Of a DNA stretch of 64,000 bases, positions 40,701 to 55,700 are shown one piece after another. Source of the stretch: Tubiluchus corallicola (Eukaryota > Animalia > Priapulida). The DNA is taken from contig JAQGDQ010000153.1 of the NCBI GenBank assembly GCA_030141605.1, forward strand, positions 1 through 64,000, given 5' to 3'. Within the stretch, counting starts at the first letter, position 1, and each line of letters begins with the position of its first letter. The position numbers were made by a program, and so were the translations under genes. The notes beneath the pieces were generated by a model. That model did not search any database. It worked only from the letters and a program-made list of their open reading frames with translations, and had not been told where the DNA came from.

Positions 40701-43700
40701 ACGATGACGACACAGAAAAAATGTTAGCCTGGCAGGTTTTAAGTGATGTGAACTAATACAAATATTGGTACTAATTATTTTAATCATAAGCATGCTCTCT
40801 TTTTTGGCATGTCATATGCTGTCATTCTGGAAATAGTGTCATTATCATTTATCATGTAGTAAATAATTGTGCATAATAATTTACTGAGAAATTCCACGCC
40901 AGCAGAACGTGGTACCAAAATGCTATTTACCAATTTGCCACTTAACTGATGGCGAAGCTAAGAGGTAGCCCAGGCAACTAAGTTGCACGCGTATTACAAG
41001 CCATAGTAATGGTGCTTTTAAGAAAGTAGTGTCTACAGTGATATTTTTCTTATTGGTTTTGTAAAATAAAATTTTATTAGAACCTTAAATGTATCCTGCA
41101 GTCTGGTGGATACCTGTTCTGAATTCGCCGTGGTAATGATGCTACATATTATTACCGGATGTGTGCCCCTGTGTTTGGTTTAGTTTGATCATCCAAGCAT
41201 AACGTCGAACAACCCCTGTCTACGGTTTAGTTCGTCTACCGAAAGTGTGCGGTATTCCTTCTTGTAGGGCCACCTGACGTGATCGATAAAGTTTCTGATT
41301 CATCGTTTGATTGGTGCACTGTTTTGACAGATAACTGTGTTTTACAATTGTAAAGCCGTTCTTTGCTGACGTTGCTACGTAATGTGTAGTGTAGTGAATG
41401 CAAATAAGGAATAAGCTTTTGTATGTGTAAAAATGTTGGAGTGTATCAAATAAATATTAGTGTGAGAGGATAAATAAATGTAAGTGGACAAATTAAAAAT
41501 TGTCTACTAAATGACTGCTAGGGTAACATTGGAAAGTCATTACGAGTTCCATGCAAAGGAATACTATACGAAGTCACTTCCAGTATTACTTATCAAGTCA
41601 GCTGATTGGAATTTTACGGTTTCCAACTTGAAATAGTATCCGTTTTCTGCTAATGATATGTATAATATAAACTTTGCCTGAGATGGATTTTGAAGGCTAA
41701 ATAGCAGCTACTTTCTCTCAGAGGCCGCTGTAAAACACGTAACATCGACTTTGCTTATGCCATTTTTCAAAAAGCAGAAAAGACATGTTACTGTTTTTGA
41801 AAGAGATTTGAAAAAAGTTAATCCTGTTTTGATCTCGCACGATGGAGGTGGGTTATGCCGACAACTGGGTGATGACTGTTCCCGTCTTGGATCGACCGCG
41901 TCACATTCCACCCCCTGGATACGAATATTGGTACGCGCCCATTCCGCCAAACACAAGCATGCAGAGGACTAACTCATCTTTAAGAGGGCAAACGTCTAGT
42001 AACTCTAGTTACTCTTATTGCACAACTGCGGGATATTGCAGTGACATATTAGAACGGCTGAAATCTGCTCGACATGGTAAGAAATAATGTGATCATATTT
42101 GCCTCAATAAAGGAATTGTTCAGTTTGTGTCATCAATGTTTGTTGTTTTAGTAAATTTTCACAATTGCAGCAAGCAAACAAGAATCGCCAATCCAGATAT
42201 TAAGCAGACCGAATACTGCTTAAATTTCCAAACTGTTAAACACTGTTAAACTGTTTCTGAGAAAACTGTGACCCCAACTTTGTGTGCTTAATTTTAGATG
42301 AATCTAAAAAGTCGCTTGTTTAAACAGTCAATTTTAAAAGCTAGAAAATCAACGTTAAAGTTTCGGGCAACATTAGGGTTTAATGAATGAGAAAAGCAAC
42401 AACCTCAGAAAATTTCTCTATTTATTTTCAAGTACTGTAACATGCCAAATTGCATTCTTTGTGTCACGTGATACGCTAAAAAAATTAACAAAATACTATT
42501 CTTCAAGTCAACCAAGAAGACTGTAAGTTTTACAACTTTCAACTTTTTCACGGTAAACAAACCCAGGCAGCTGTAAACAAGCAGGTCTTTCTTCTTTGAA
42601 TAAAAAATAGGCTGATATTGTAAGGCAGTACCTAATTCCACCTGTGTGAACGGAACATATTAGGTGCCTCAGAGAATTGGCAGATATCTTTCAATTTTTT
42701 TCTGTTCAAGAAGCGTCGAAACTGGCACTGGTCTGCTAACTAGCAGGTTATAAAAGCATTCCATTTTTGTTGTCATGAAGAATACAAATACTTTACATAG
42801 TTTTCCTGACATAGTTTTTCATATGCAGTACTTTTTTGTTTAATTCTGCCCAAGTGAGTATTTGTAGAGGGCATTTAAACATTACTGTAATGTAATGGCA
42901 ATGATTAATCCACTTTCGGACAAACGGCGGGTATTTTACCGATTTGTAATCCTTCTATGAGAATAAAATGTACTACTACTGAGACAATCATTTTTGAAAA
43001 CTGATACAGCCAAATTGTTTTATACAGACAAATGTACTAGGTGTTTCACTTTGCCAGAAAGTTTTTCAAAAAATTTATCATCTTTGATGAACCCATTACA
43101 GGTTTTGCAGGCCCACCCACACCTTGTTTAGAGGGCGGTTCAGTGTCATTGAAATGCCTTCTAGCAATAAATCTGTGCATAAAGGCAACTGTGCAGGAAT
43201 TTTTGATTTTGACATCAGACCTTGTACATTGATTGTTGTTCAAAGCATGGGTTAACTGCATAAGTGCCTAGCAATGGCATGCTATCACGTTGTAGCCCTC
43301 AGGCTATTTACGTATCAAATTGGAATGCTTCTGTGGTTATGAATCTTAAAAAAATACTAGCATTCATCAAGTGTTCAATTAGTGTTTTCTGGAAAGAAGA
43401 TATCCAATTAGACACGATTAGATTGTAGTTTCAATCTAATTTTGTAGTTTTGTAGACGCATATTTTTGTATGACAGGTTAATTATAAAAGCTTTCCTAAG
43501 CAGTAAAACATGTCATGCATCTAGTTGCGTTTGCCTGAATAATATGTCAACATTAGCTACTAGAGAGGCCGAGGATTTCAATGGATTTAGTTTATACCCT
43601 GAATCAATCATATAGTACGCTGTGCAAACGCAAGAATGATAAAAATATCTAGTCGTAATATGGTTACCTGCTGAAGTTTATCTTACCTCACATTGTATAA

Positions 43701-46700
43701 AAAACATATAACACTTGGACCTATGCACGTCTCTTAGTCATTGTTAATAAAATTTAAGACCACGCAGACTGACTGTTAAGTGTTTTTATATGCGTGTTTT
43801 AATATGAGTGGAATGAAATATTTTTTAACGTCAGGTAAATGTAAACTTAATTTGTATCTTCGTCTTATTGTTTCATGCAATGGAGGTCCGGTATTTGTAC
43901 ACATTTCTGACTTCGAAAATTGGCTTTCTGGCGGTTGTAAACAACCACAATAGAGTGTTTGTCTTGCGTTGTTTTCTTATTAGCAAAATCTTATCTTTGA
44001 CCCCTCCAGAGTTTATAAACTTCGGGTAAAAACAAGTGCCTAATGCATGGTTCTACAAGCAGATACCTTTGTCTCCAGTTCAGTCACCTGGTGTGAATTA
44101 CGGGTAGCATCCAACTGAATCTCTAAAAGCTGAGTTTGTTTATAGCCAGCTTTTACTGGTAAATAGACTTTTTTTCAACAATTCGTGCTGTCAATTGAAG
44201 TTTGTAACTGACTCCTAATACTAAACACTTTCTCGGTTTTCCTATTCATATGCTAACTCAATGACATGTGTGTTCCAAACCTACTGACATTTGTTGAACC
44301 CATATAAAGCATTGTCGTTTCTGAGATATAGAAAGCTGTTAGTGGCTGATTACTGATCGATTAATTATTTTAAAGAACGAAAATTGTGCTCATTGGGTAA
44401 TTCGGGTGGAGAAATTTTTTCACTACTATACCTTGGTTTATCCTGAAACGAGATAACTAAATAGTTACTCTCATTTGAAAGTGTTCTAGCGACACTGTAC
44501 CTGAAATGTGTAAGTTTCTGTTTTTTCGGCATAGGAGAAGATGCTGGTTACAAATCTCAGAGAAGAACGGTTTTGGCATTTCTAAACAACTTTGCGCTGC
44601 TTCTCTTATTTTAAATTTACCTGTGCAAAATCCGAAGGAGTACTGAAAGGCGCAGATTTGTATCAATTATCAGCATATCAAATGATGATTAATAATTGGT
44701 TGTGCAACCCAGGAACCATAGAATACTGAAATTATATACCACCTCATGGTTGTACATCGTTATCATCATGGGTCATTAGTCATTCCTGACTGATTGCTGA
44801 TACATTAACAAATAATTACCAGGCTGCATTGGGTTAGGATGAAATTTAGAATCGCACAATTGTGCAAAGTCGAAAAGCGTAATGTTTCTGCACATTCTTT
44901 AAGAGAAATAGCATTCTTTAAGGTGCTATTTTATAAAACTGGTCTTAGAAAGTTTCAAGGCAGAACATAATAATGACTATTATTTAGTGTAAATTTGAAA
45001 ATAACCTTCAAATATAATTTTTAGAAGAATTTATTAATTTTAGTCCTGTAAAACTATTACAAAATTCAGATTCTGATATTATCAAAACTAATGTATATAG
45101 AAAAAAACTTTTGTTTTCTGCATACAAATAAAATTTCCTTACATCAAATATACTAATGATACCAATTGTATTTTATAAAATTAAACATGATTATAGAAAA
45201 TGATGACAAAACTAATAATAACTGCTCTCGATTATTCCCTTTGCTTCAAACTGCTAAGGAAGTTTTGAAGGAAATTATCAAATTTTATACAGGTAAGAAT
45301 AGCTTTATACATATCTGTTTTGTTGATGAAACAACAGCTGTTTTGTAATTTGTTTTTAGATCTTTTCAAAATCAATTTTTCTAGCTCTATTGTGTATTTT
45401 TTGTGTGTCTGTGGTACAAAAACTAGTTAGATGTTTTTAAAAGCGTGTATTCAGCATTAATTACAAAAACGATCTAGTTTCTTACTGTTACATTTTGGCT
45501 ACTCTCATGAGCAACTACTCATTAAATGCAAGAATTACAAACATGTATTACAAATGATATTTTGGTAATGTTCATAAAAAGAAACGTGTTAATTTGAATA
45601 AATCGAATTACATCTTGGCAATTGGGCTATTTTGAAATTGCATTAAACAGCTGATGTGTAGATAAAAACTGACATCTAATGAGGATGATTTAGGTGGATT
45701 ACTAGTTCGCGTACAAGTTATATCCCACTTGCAGTGGACGGCCCTGTTTTAAATCAGGAAACGGTATCTGGCGTATCTATGCTTCGGTTCTAGTTTGTTA
45801 CTACGATTATAAAAACACGCTTAAAACTTAAATTGTGTACAAAACGCTTCTGTAAACAGGGGCAGACTGTGCTTTGTTCATTGAGTTTGCATTTCCCCTG
45901 CGTTTCCGTGCAAAGCGCACTGGTCCCCAGTCAAATTAGCACATGGCGCGTAAACAAACAAAAAATGAAAATAGCTGGCTAATGTGCTGAACAGACAAGA
46001 AATTGAGGTCCTGAAGGGTTACTGTGTCCACTTTTTCTTTTGTTGTCTTAATTCTTTTAAAACCTAGTAAGCATAGACTCAGACAAGCTAGAATTCGTGA
46101 AATCATAAAGTGAACTGAGTCTGGGTTACAAACATAAAGTTAAATGCTTGCAAAATTACAACCTTTAATTAAACAATCGAGAAAAGTAACTCATATAGCA
46201 ATCAAGTCTCTGTAAACAATCAAAATATATTACAAGATACGTGTTTTGCAAGCAATTTGCTAGCATGTTCTTTAGCACAAATAAGGAGTAGGAACAGTTT
46301 ATAAATTCATGCCACTTTCGCTTCCAGTATTGAAGTTTGTCCCGCGTGGAAATGTACACCTGTGTCATTACAAAGTTTTACTGTTCAAGATCATGTCACA
46401 GCAATAAAAATGTAGTTATAGTTAGTTACAGTATTTGAGTAAATGACCTATAGATCCTGTCCAGAAGAGGTATAATTAGTTAATTCAACTACTGATTATA
46501 TTAAATCTTTCAGCCGTACTTTTAATCACTTCTACATGCACTTCTATTGAGTATGTTGATTAATAAATTTCCAGTTTTAATTTGTTCTCTGGTTCATTTT
46601 ATGGTAAATACAAAACATTTTTCATTTTTGTACTAAAGTACATGATCATGTGAATTTAACAATTTTGCCTTGTTTCTGATTAACTGTAGTACAGTAGACC

Positions 46701-49700
46701 GCTTTACACTGGCCACTCAGAGACTGCAAAAAAGTTGGCATCGTATCAGTTGTTTGGCATTATAACGGGGTGCATTAATACGAACATATCTATGTAAATA
46801 TAGATATTTTGTTTTGCTAAAAATTTGGTAGTTAAGCGACGTTGTATTGTAAAGTGGCACGATATAACGAGATTTGACTGTAATGATATTGATTCAAATA
46901 AAATTTTATTTTCCATTGCGAATGATTTTTAGCTTAAACAGGCATCTAAGATGTAATTATACAAACACAATATAATTCACTTAGAACTGTCATGTGATAT
47001 ATTATTTTTGCCTATTTATTGTGTACCATATATTAACATTTTTTATGTGTTTCAGATGAGGAGCTCCTGTTGATGGATGTCAAGCTACTCAGCACAAGAC
47101 ATCCGCCACCTCTACTGCCACCACCTCCGGAATCCCTTACTGAGAATCAACTGTTACGACGCCAAATTGTGTCGCAGATTGTAGATACCGAAAACTCTTA
47201 CATAGCATCGTTGCGCAGACTTGTTCAGGTTTGTTTCAGAAGCTATTACATATTATTATTTTATAAACCAAAATATATCTTAATGGCATGGAATGGGGTG
47301 GCCTGCTATTCAGTCATTATCAATGTTATCATCATTATGAACATCCCTAATTGTCAACTTGACATCTTTGTTATGATCATCATCGCCAACACGATTGTCA
47401 TTCTTGTCATCATCGTTATTGTCATGTGGTTTGCTTTTCTGCCAGTACAACGTATGAGGTAATTTAAAAACTATAAAACTCAGAGACCAAACTTTCACGT
47501 CTTACAACTTTTTACGCAGCAGCAGCATTTAAAATTTTTTGACTTGTGTCTCTCTCTAATAGCAAAAGATTTTAAATATTTCAAAAACAAAGGTGTTGGG
47601 AGCCACAAATCACAAAAGATGTGCTGGATGAGAATCCAATATGAAGTGGTGGATGGTCCTAAGTGGGTCGTATCTTGATGAATTTTTTGTCAAAAAGTCT
47701 AACACAAAACCTCAATGGTATGCCTGCGTAAAAAACAATATAAAAGCAATGGTGACATTAGGATGACGGACTGGTTTTGCATTTTAAATTTTAAGTACCT
47801 TTTTTGTGAATGGTTTTAAAAATAGTTTCAAAGCATTCGATATTTCAAAGGCTTTTTTTGATTTGTACTACCGCCCTTATGGCATATCATATAATTATAA
47901 TAGGCCTAGCTATTTACTAGTCCTAGCAGGCATAAAGTAAGAGATATTCATGCACCCTTGGCATCAAAAAGTGACAAAGAGTACTGTTGCTATACATACA
48001 TTAACATGCTTTAATTGGGTTAAAGCCTTATTGAGTTTGAATTATCCATGATTATTATGCTTTTTACTGTGACATTCTTACTACATGTAATAAAACTATA
48101 GAACTATTATTGTATGCTGCTTCAGTGATTTTGCTGGCAGAATTAAAATACTGGTGAATCAGCAAATAAATAACTAATCTAGTAGTGACTTATTAAACGA
48201 TTATGTAGGCTGTCAGAAGCATTTTGAAAAGGCATTTCTTGGAAAAATAACTTTTGTGTAAAAAAATTAATTTCTGTAGTTGTTTTTGTGATCAAATCAT
48301 TCCTGCTAGTTCGTTAATTGGACCCTCCAGAGATGATTAGTTCTTTGTGGAGTTTACTAACTAACTAACCCAAAGCAGAATATAGAGTAAAAAAGCAACC
48401 ATCGAGTACATCAGTGTTACCCTATTTCAACAATTATTAAGTTTGTATGACATATATTATGACATGTTTCCTTTCCATTAAGCTGTGAATGTTGTTTCAT
48501 ATCAAACTGCCAAAAAGAGTCTAAAAGCCATCTGATGCCTAAAACGGTGACTACTGCAATGGCAATTTGACAGCAGTTTTTGAACTTTGACAACCACATC
48601 ATATAGACTAATTACCAAATTTTGACTTTGCTGAACTACTTACACCCAGTTATAATTGCTAACATCATTTTGAGTTAATTTAACCACTTTAGCCAAATCA
48701 ATGTTTTGCAAATTTGTAGGATTACGAGATGCCGCTCATAGAGTCCAATCAGCCACTAGTAAGCCAGTCAAAAGTGAGAACAATGTTTTACCGGATCCGT
48801 TCCATCCTGCAATGCCACACTATGTTTCAAATTGGTTTAGCAGAAGCTGTCAGCAAGTGGGATAAGGAAGAAAAATTAGGAGACATATTTGTTGCATCGG
48901 TATGCTGATGTTATTTATATTATTCAAAGTTTTTTAATTGTCAATCAGTATTTATCACACTATGGTCCCATGCGTTTTTATGCCTTCCTACTCATGGTTT
49001 ATATGTATATGTTAATAATCAACTGCAACACAAGGCTACAATAATAATAAACTATATCTTTTTTGTAGAGAAATAAAAAAATATAATAAAAAATGTAAAT
49101 GATTCAGATATTCCAATCTTATAGTATAGGCCACTATCTTATGAAATTAATGATCTTGTATGTTAGCTACAAATTTACTTTCTGTTTAAAAAAGTGCATT
49201 CACATAGTACAACCAAAAAAGTGCATAGGCACATAAAGTACTTTTTACAGATGGCTAGGTATCACAATCGTCTGTATTTGCAGTTGTGTGTTATTTGATC
49301 ATTTTCTGGTGATTTTAATTGTTTGCTTATTTATTTATTTATTTGTTTGCTGATCATTCTGTCAATGTTATCTAGTTGATTTCTTTGTTTATGTATTTGC
49401 TTATTTGTACTAAAAATTTGCTCATTTTGTTTAAATGACATGCTAAATTTTTGTAAATTTTATTTATTTGTTTCAGTTTTCGAAGAGCATCATACTTGAC
49501 ATTTACAGTGATTTTGTGAATAACTTTTCCCTTGCTGTCGAGACAGCAAAGCGGTGCTCTAAACACAAACCATCGTTTGCAGAATTCATAAAGGTATCAA
49601 ACTTACTCTCCATTTTATCAATGTTTTATCAATCAGTTTACAGCTGTAATCAATTTTAATAGCTTTTTGAAGAGAGTTAATGTTTTTACTTCTTGTAATT

Positions 49701-52700
49701 TGGCTTAAGGTAGTTTTATAAAATATGTAGTCTGAAGGAATTTCAATGAGCCGATTCACATGAGTATGAAGTTGAATGTGCGTAAACTGCCAGGTTTGAC
49801 AGCCCGATTGTGGTTATTTAAATTTGCTTAGTGTAGCGAAATGTGTGCATTCCGGAAGTTTTAATTATGCATAAGATTACTAACATGCAATATAGATAAG
49901 TTAATATGAGTTTCTGTTATGTTTTCTAAAATGTAGTATAAATCATGTTATAGCTTTCAGTTGTGTTTTTTTTATAGAATAAGCAAGTTAATTCTACAGA
50001 CAGATTGTCATTCTTTGCACTCATGGTGAAGCCTGTGCAGCGATTTCCACAGTTTATTCTTTTGCTGCAGGTAAGGTCAGCATAATTATGTGTAAATAAC
50101 ATTGTACCACATTGTACTTTGCTTATCAAATGGAAAAGATAATTTTGCCGAGCTTTGTCTAATATCAGTTCCAGTATTTTAGTTTTTGTTTTCATTTAAA
50201 CTGCATATAAGTTTGTTTATACAGAGTAATAAATCAATGAATAATTTATAGACACAAATTGAAATATCAGCAAGTCTTCTGCGAACGAGCTGGTTAGGTT
50301 ATCAATAGTTCGCTTTAGTCATCATTTTTTACCAGAATTTTTATGTAAAATAATCTAACTGTAAATTAATAGCTAGATATGTAATTTTTTTAAAGTTAAT
50401 CTAACTGTAAATTAATAGCTAGATATGTAATTTTTTTAAAGTTGCATTGAACAAAACAACAGCCATCTTATCAACAATTAAGATAGATATAAAGTAAAGC
50501 TATAAGTTGCCAGCAATTATGAGTTAAATAAGCTAACAGAAAAATTGTGAGAAAATGTTAATAACGATATAAGTAAATGTCTATTTCATTTGTAGGATCT
50601 TTTAAAGAATACACCAAAAGGTCATCATGATCGAATGTCCTTGCAGCATGCTCTAACAACGTTAGAAAGTCTTGCTGATAAACTAAATGAGAGAAAGCTA
50701 GAAAGTGAACAAAGGCATGCTCTCAAGCATCTACTTAGACACATGAATGTCAAGTTTTCTGTTAAATCAGTGGGTGAAGGTGGACGATACTTCATTCGCG
50801 AAGACTCTGTGATGCAATTAGTAAGAGAATGTGTCTGGTTAAACTATTAATTAATGTAAATTTTGTTGTATTTTTTATGTGACGTACTGGCATGTAACTT
50901 GAAACACTTTTATGTTTGAACAGAATTACGTCTGAACAAATATTTTGCTTATGACAAATAGCACTTGTTGGTAATTTAATGCAGTTTGATGTGTCTTTGT
51001 GACCTGATGCAAATTAATGACAAGAATAACTTTAGGCTTTACAGTTGGATAACAGTTGGCTTTATCAAAAAAAAAATCAAATGCTGCCTGGTGCCACCAC
51101 ACTTTGCAGCTATTTGAGCTTTTGGTTGAAAGACATTTGTGTATTCTGTTTGTTACAAAAAGCAGTGAAAGATTTCTTAAGTTCTGGAAATGTACTTCAT
51201 ATATCTTCAATAGTTAAACATAGGTTATTGTCTTCTATATCTGTTTAAATAATAATTATTATATTTTGCATTTTCAGGAACTGGATAGTTGTGGTAATGT
51301 TTTAAAGAGCAAATCCAGGAAACTATTCTTGATGAGTGACATTCTTATATGCTCAGCAGTCAAGTAAGTAATAAAAGATTTATAGTAACGTATGGAAGTA
51401 AAAACTGTTAAGCAGTGAGGTATTATGGTGTGCAAAAAGGTTTTCCTTTAAACATCGGGTAAGTTTATTATATCAAAGGTTAATTTCAAGTTAGTGATTA
51501 TCAACCTTTTTGTACAAATTGATCAATTTAATAACTGTAGCTTTATTTTGGGAAACAGCAATGCTTATCCATTGCTATGTGTGCTCATGGCTTAATAAAA
51601 ATGTGGATAGAAGTCAATACTGAATTGCATATCTAAATGCAGTTAATACATCAATATTTGTTTCTGAAGCATTAAGCATAATGATATTTCATCTGGGTTC
51701 TCTCTCCAGGTAACATTATGACATCTTTAGTTCCAATGATATGAGTTTGATTGGAAGTAGTAATAAATAAGTGTTAGAAATTATTTGGAAATTTCAAAAT
51801 CTAGATGTTCATATTATTCTTATAGAAATCAGGAACTGGGTGATAAAGATGAAGCCAGTCGGTACAGTTTAAAATGGAGTGTTCCATTAGAAGAGGTAGA
51901 GGTTTGTGACAACGTCACTTTTAGCAGTATTCATGCTGCTCAAGGAAAGTCTATTAGTCGTTCTACATCTTCGGCTGGTAGTCAGAAATCAGGTAAAATT
52001 AATTTTTTTCCCCAACATTTAGCAGTTAGATAAATGGCTGAAATGCTTAGCATGTATAATATGTCAAAAAATGTATGAGCAGTCATACAATAATTAACTC
52101 ATCTTTACCATTGCTCAATGACGTAGGTGAAATTAAGTAAGTAATTACTGCAGCTGCCTCACTTCACTGTACTGCTGCAAGTGATTCTCCATCACTTGCG
52201 GCAGTACTAGTATTAGTACTAGAACTACTAGTAAGTCTAATGCTTTTTTGGTGAAAAAATGAGAGAATGCTGAAATCCATGTTTGAACTTAAACTACTAG
52301 TTGGATCTTGGTCTTTTGCAGATAGCACAGCCAATTCTACAGGACTACCATTGCTTTACAAGGAACTTAGTTCCCTGGTGCATGATTTTACAGTAATATC
52401 ACAGATAGATGGTCTAGTCAATTCCTTACACAAATCTTATAGTGTAAGTAACACATTTTAACCAATTGGCTACATATTTGTTACCTGTTATCATTTATGT
52501 GCCATTTATTCATATCATTTATATACCATATAATAAAAAAACATTGAGATCTTGAGTCTCCCTGAGTTTGAGAAAGTTATTTTAATTTAAATTGCTAAGA
52601 CAGCACATTTTTTATGTATAAATCTTACTATATTTAAAACTAATAATATGAATAGATTTGTCTAAAACTTGAGATTTATTGGTATTCATTTGTTTCTAGC

Positions 52701-55700
52701 CTGATACTAAATAATGCCTTTTCAGTTGTTGGACGTCCTTTAAAGAATAGAAAAGAGTTTTGTTAGCACATGTATGTCTTGCAAAATTTGAGGGAAAAGT
52801 TAGTGGCACCCATACCACTAGTTTAGTAAAAATTTGAATTTCATTATTTTATGAAAACTTTAATTATTATTTTTAATATTCTGCTAATTTGGGCATTGGG
52901 TCTTGCTAAGTTTGAACAAGTATTTAAGTTAGTTAAAAAAATTCATATCTGCCGATATAAATTTTAAATGTGAACGTGTAAGACTAGGACTACTGTTAAA
53001 CAAGAATTTTTAAACGAAACTCCCTATTTGCACTTAAGTAGTGAAAACTGGAAAAAGTAGCAAGTAAGAAATAAATACTGGCTTTGATTTGCTTTAAATC
53101 AATTGTTTTCATTCTGATTCATTTATAGGGTTTAAATCGTGAATTATTACATCGGTTAAGTGCTCGGTTACAACAGGAAATCCAGGCAAAAGATGAAGAG
53201 ATTGGACTGCATAACAGTTGTCAAGTACACATATTGCTACCTGCCAAAAACAAGTAGGTTACCTGTAGTGCACGATAGTTTCAGGTGTATATTCAGACAT
53301 ATTAAGTATTTTGGTCAAGAATAATCGAAAGTTTATTTTACATACATGTATTTACTAGCATTCACTAACACTATGATTTAACGGTTTCACTGCAGGATTC
53401 TGAGAACCAGGATAGTTAGTGGCACTAAATTTTTGCAACCCAAAGATCTAATACTTTTGGAAAATAATAATCACCTTACTGTACAATCATTGAATTAAAA
53501 TGACTCAGTATCTCATTTATGAGTGTTGTTCGTGATAATGATATTGAAGTAGATTCTGGTTGTACTGCAACCACTTTAATTTAGTAAGCCCTGCTATTCT
53601 GTTCTGGATTACATCGTGCATAGAGCCAAACTTTTATAGGACTCATTAAATGAGCTGCTTTTTCAACAATTTTGCAATTCTGATACACTTACAATTATTA
53701 CATTATTGTTCACCTTGGAAAATCCTCAAACTTATAGCAAATTTTGGTGTTGATCAGACAATTTCAAAACAAAAATGCTTTTTTTATAATCTTTGCAGAA
53801 ATCACGGTCGCATTGGCTTCACCTTTCAAACACACACACCAAGAACTAAAAAGGAGTGGCTGACAGACGTACATATGGCTAAATTATCTTTAGGTATGTA
53901 TACCTTGACTAATCACTACATTTTTGTTTGACCGGTTTGCGACTTCAGTAATCGTAATTTTCATTTCACATCACATTTTGCAGATTCTAATAATAATCCA
54001 GCTTGGGATGTAGCTGAAAATCAGAGTGATAAGAAAAGCAGAAGTAAACTGCCAATGTTTGTTGCTGCAATGCCAGTCTATATGGGAAAATGTGCCACTG
54101 AGGTATTTTACATGTTGCCTCTTACACTTTACAATTATCTGAATCGATATCTGCTATTTTCAGATCAGTGGTTGCAGAGAAATTTATTTTAAACAATCCT
54201 ATGGAAAATTTTGAACTAAGGAGCTGAATTTTGTGATTCATGTTAATTGGAGTGGTTCCTAAATTACAAATCAGATGTTACATGTTATCTAGAAAGGATG
54301 TGCTGGGCTGCACAGGTTATTGTGTTCATGATTGAATAATTAATTAATAAGATTTGTGTTATTTTTCATTGCTTTTCTTGCATAATTACTATTCTATGAA
54401 TCAGCTCAGTTTATCGTTTATCTCATTTTATTTAACGAATTTGTCTGCTCAGGTGAAATGTGGGACATTTTGTCCGGCAAATCCTAGAGCAGGTGTTGGT
54501 CGTGATCAGGTGTGGTTATCTAGTAGTGACGGCAAGGTGACATGTATGACCGTTCTCTCCCTACATGTAAGTATGTTATATTGCTTATGTTTTTAAACTG
54601 TCACTGTTTGACCAAGAACAATAATGATATGGTTGTTTTTTATTGTATTACATCTATTTCTTTTCTCATTTTCATGCTAACATAGGATTGGAAATTTAAA
54701 TTTAACGACACTGGGATCTTAATAAGAAAACAGGTGATTTTTTGTGATTTGTGTTATACAGGGATTCTGATTACGTGTAATTTTATTTCACATTAAGAAA
54801 ATGCACATTTTTACTCTTGTTAGTAAACTCCCAACAAGAAGAAATTGGCAAGATGTGAAAGTTTTGTTTAAGAATACACCTACACAAAACAGGGATGATG
54901 CACTTTCTAACCAGAAATGTTCCAGGTGTACTCATCTACTACATCATCCCAATATTCTACTGTGTTGCCAATTTTAAGGAGCTAATTATTAATCTTGATT
55001 TTTTGCAGAAATGCTATTGTTGTTGTTATTGCTGCTACTGTTGTTATTGCTGTTGATGATAATGATGATGACTGTGATTATCGCGGTGAAAGAAGTGATG
55101 CTATCAGAGTAATATTGAACCAATCCAAGTTTTGCCACCAAGGTCTTGGTTTTGATCTTTACTAATTTTTAGTATAAATATTTTCATTTTAGCAGTCACA
55201 TCCGCTCCTGCTGTACTCATTTGAGATTTCTCAGTCCAAAGCCAATGTTCTGTGCATTGAAACTGTGCCCGAAGAACCACATGCAACAGTATGGCTTGGT
55301 ACTGATGCTGGCAGGTAATTAATTAAACCTCATTGGCTTTTCTGTTCTTGTTAAATATTTTAATTTTCATGAACTGTTAACCGTGAATAAATAAACCAGC
55401 AAAGTAAGTCTTTACTAATATTTTATGATTATAAGTATAATGTTATAGTATTGTTAACTCTGTTACAATTTAAATTTTTCATGAACATTGCAGTGTAATC
55501 TTGAAACTTGTTTTGGCAGGATATCAGTGTACAAAGTGGTTGATCAAATGAGTCTGCATCAGGAACTAACTTCGCTTTCGACCCCAAGTGGTGCTAGTGT
55601 AACGAGTCTGTTGCATCATGATGGCCGAGTTTATGCTGCATTAGACAATGGACAGATAGCAGTCTATAAAAAGTCTCTCTGTATGTATGAATGCTCTATT

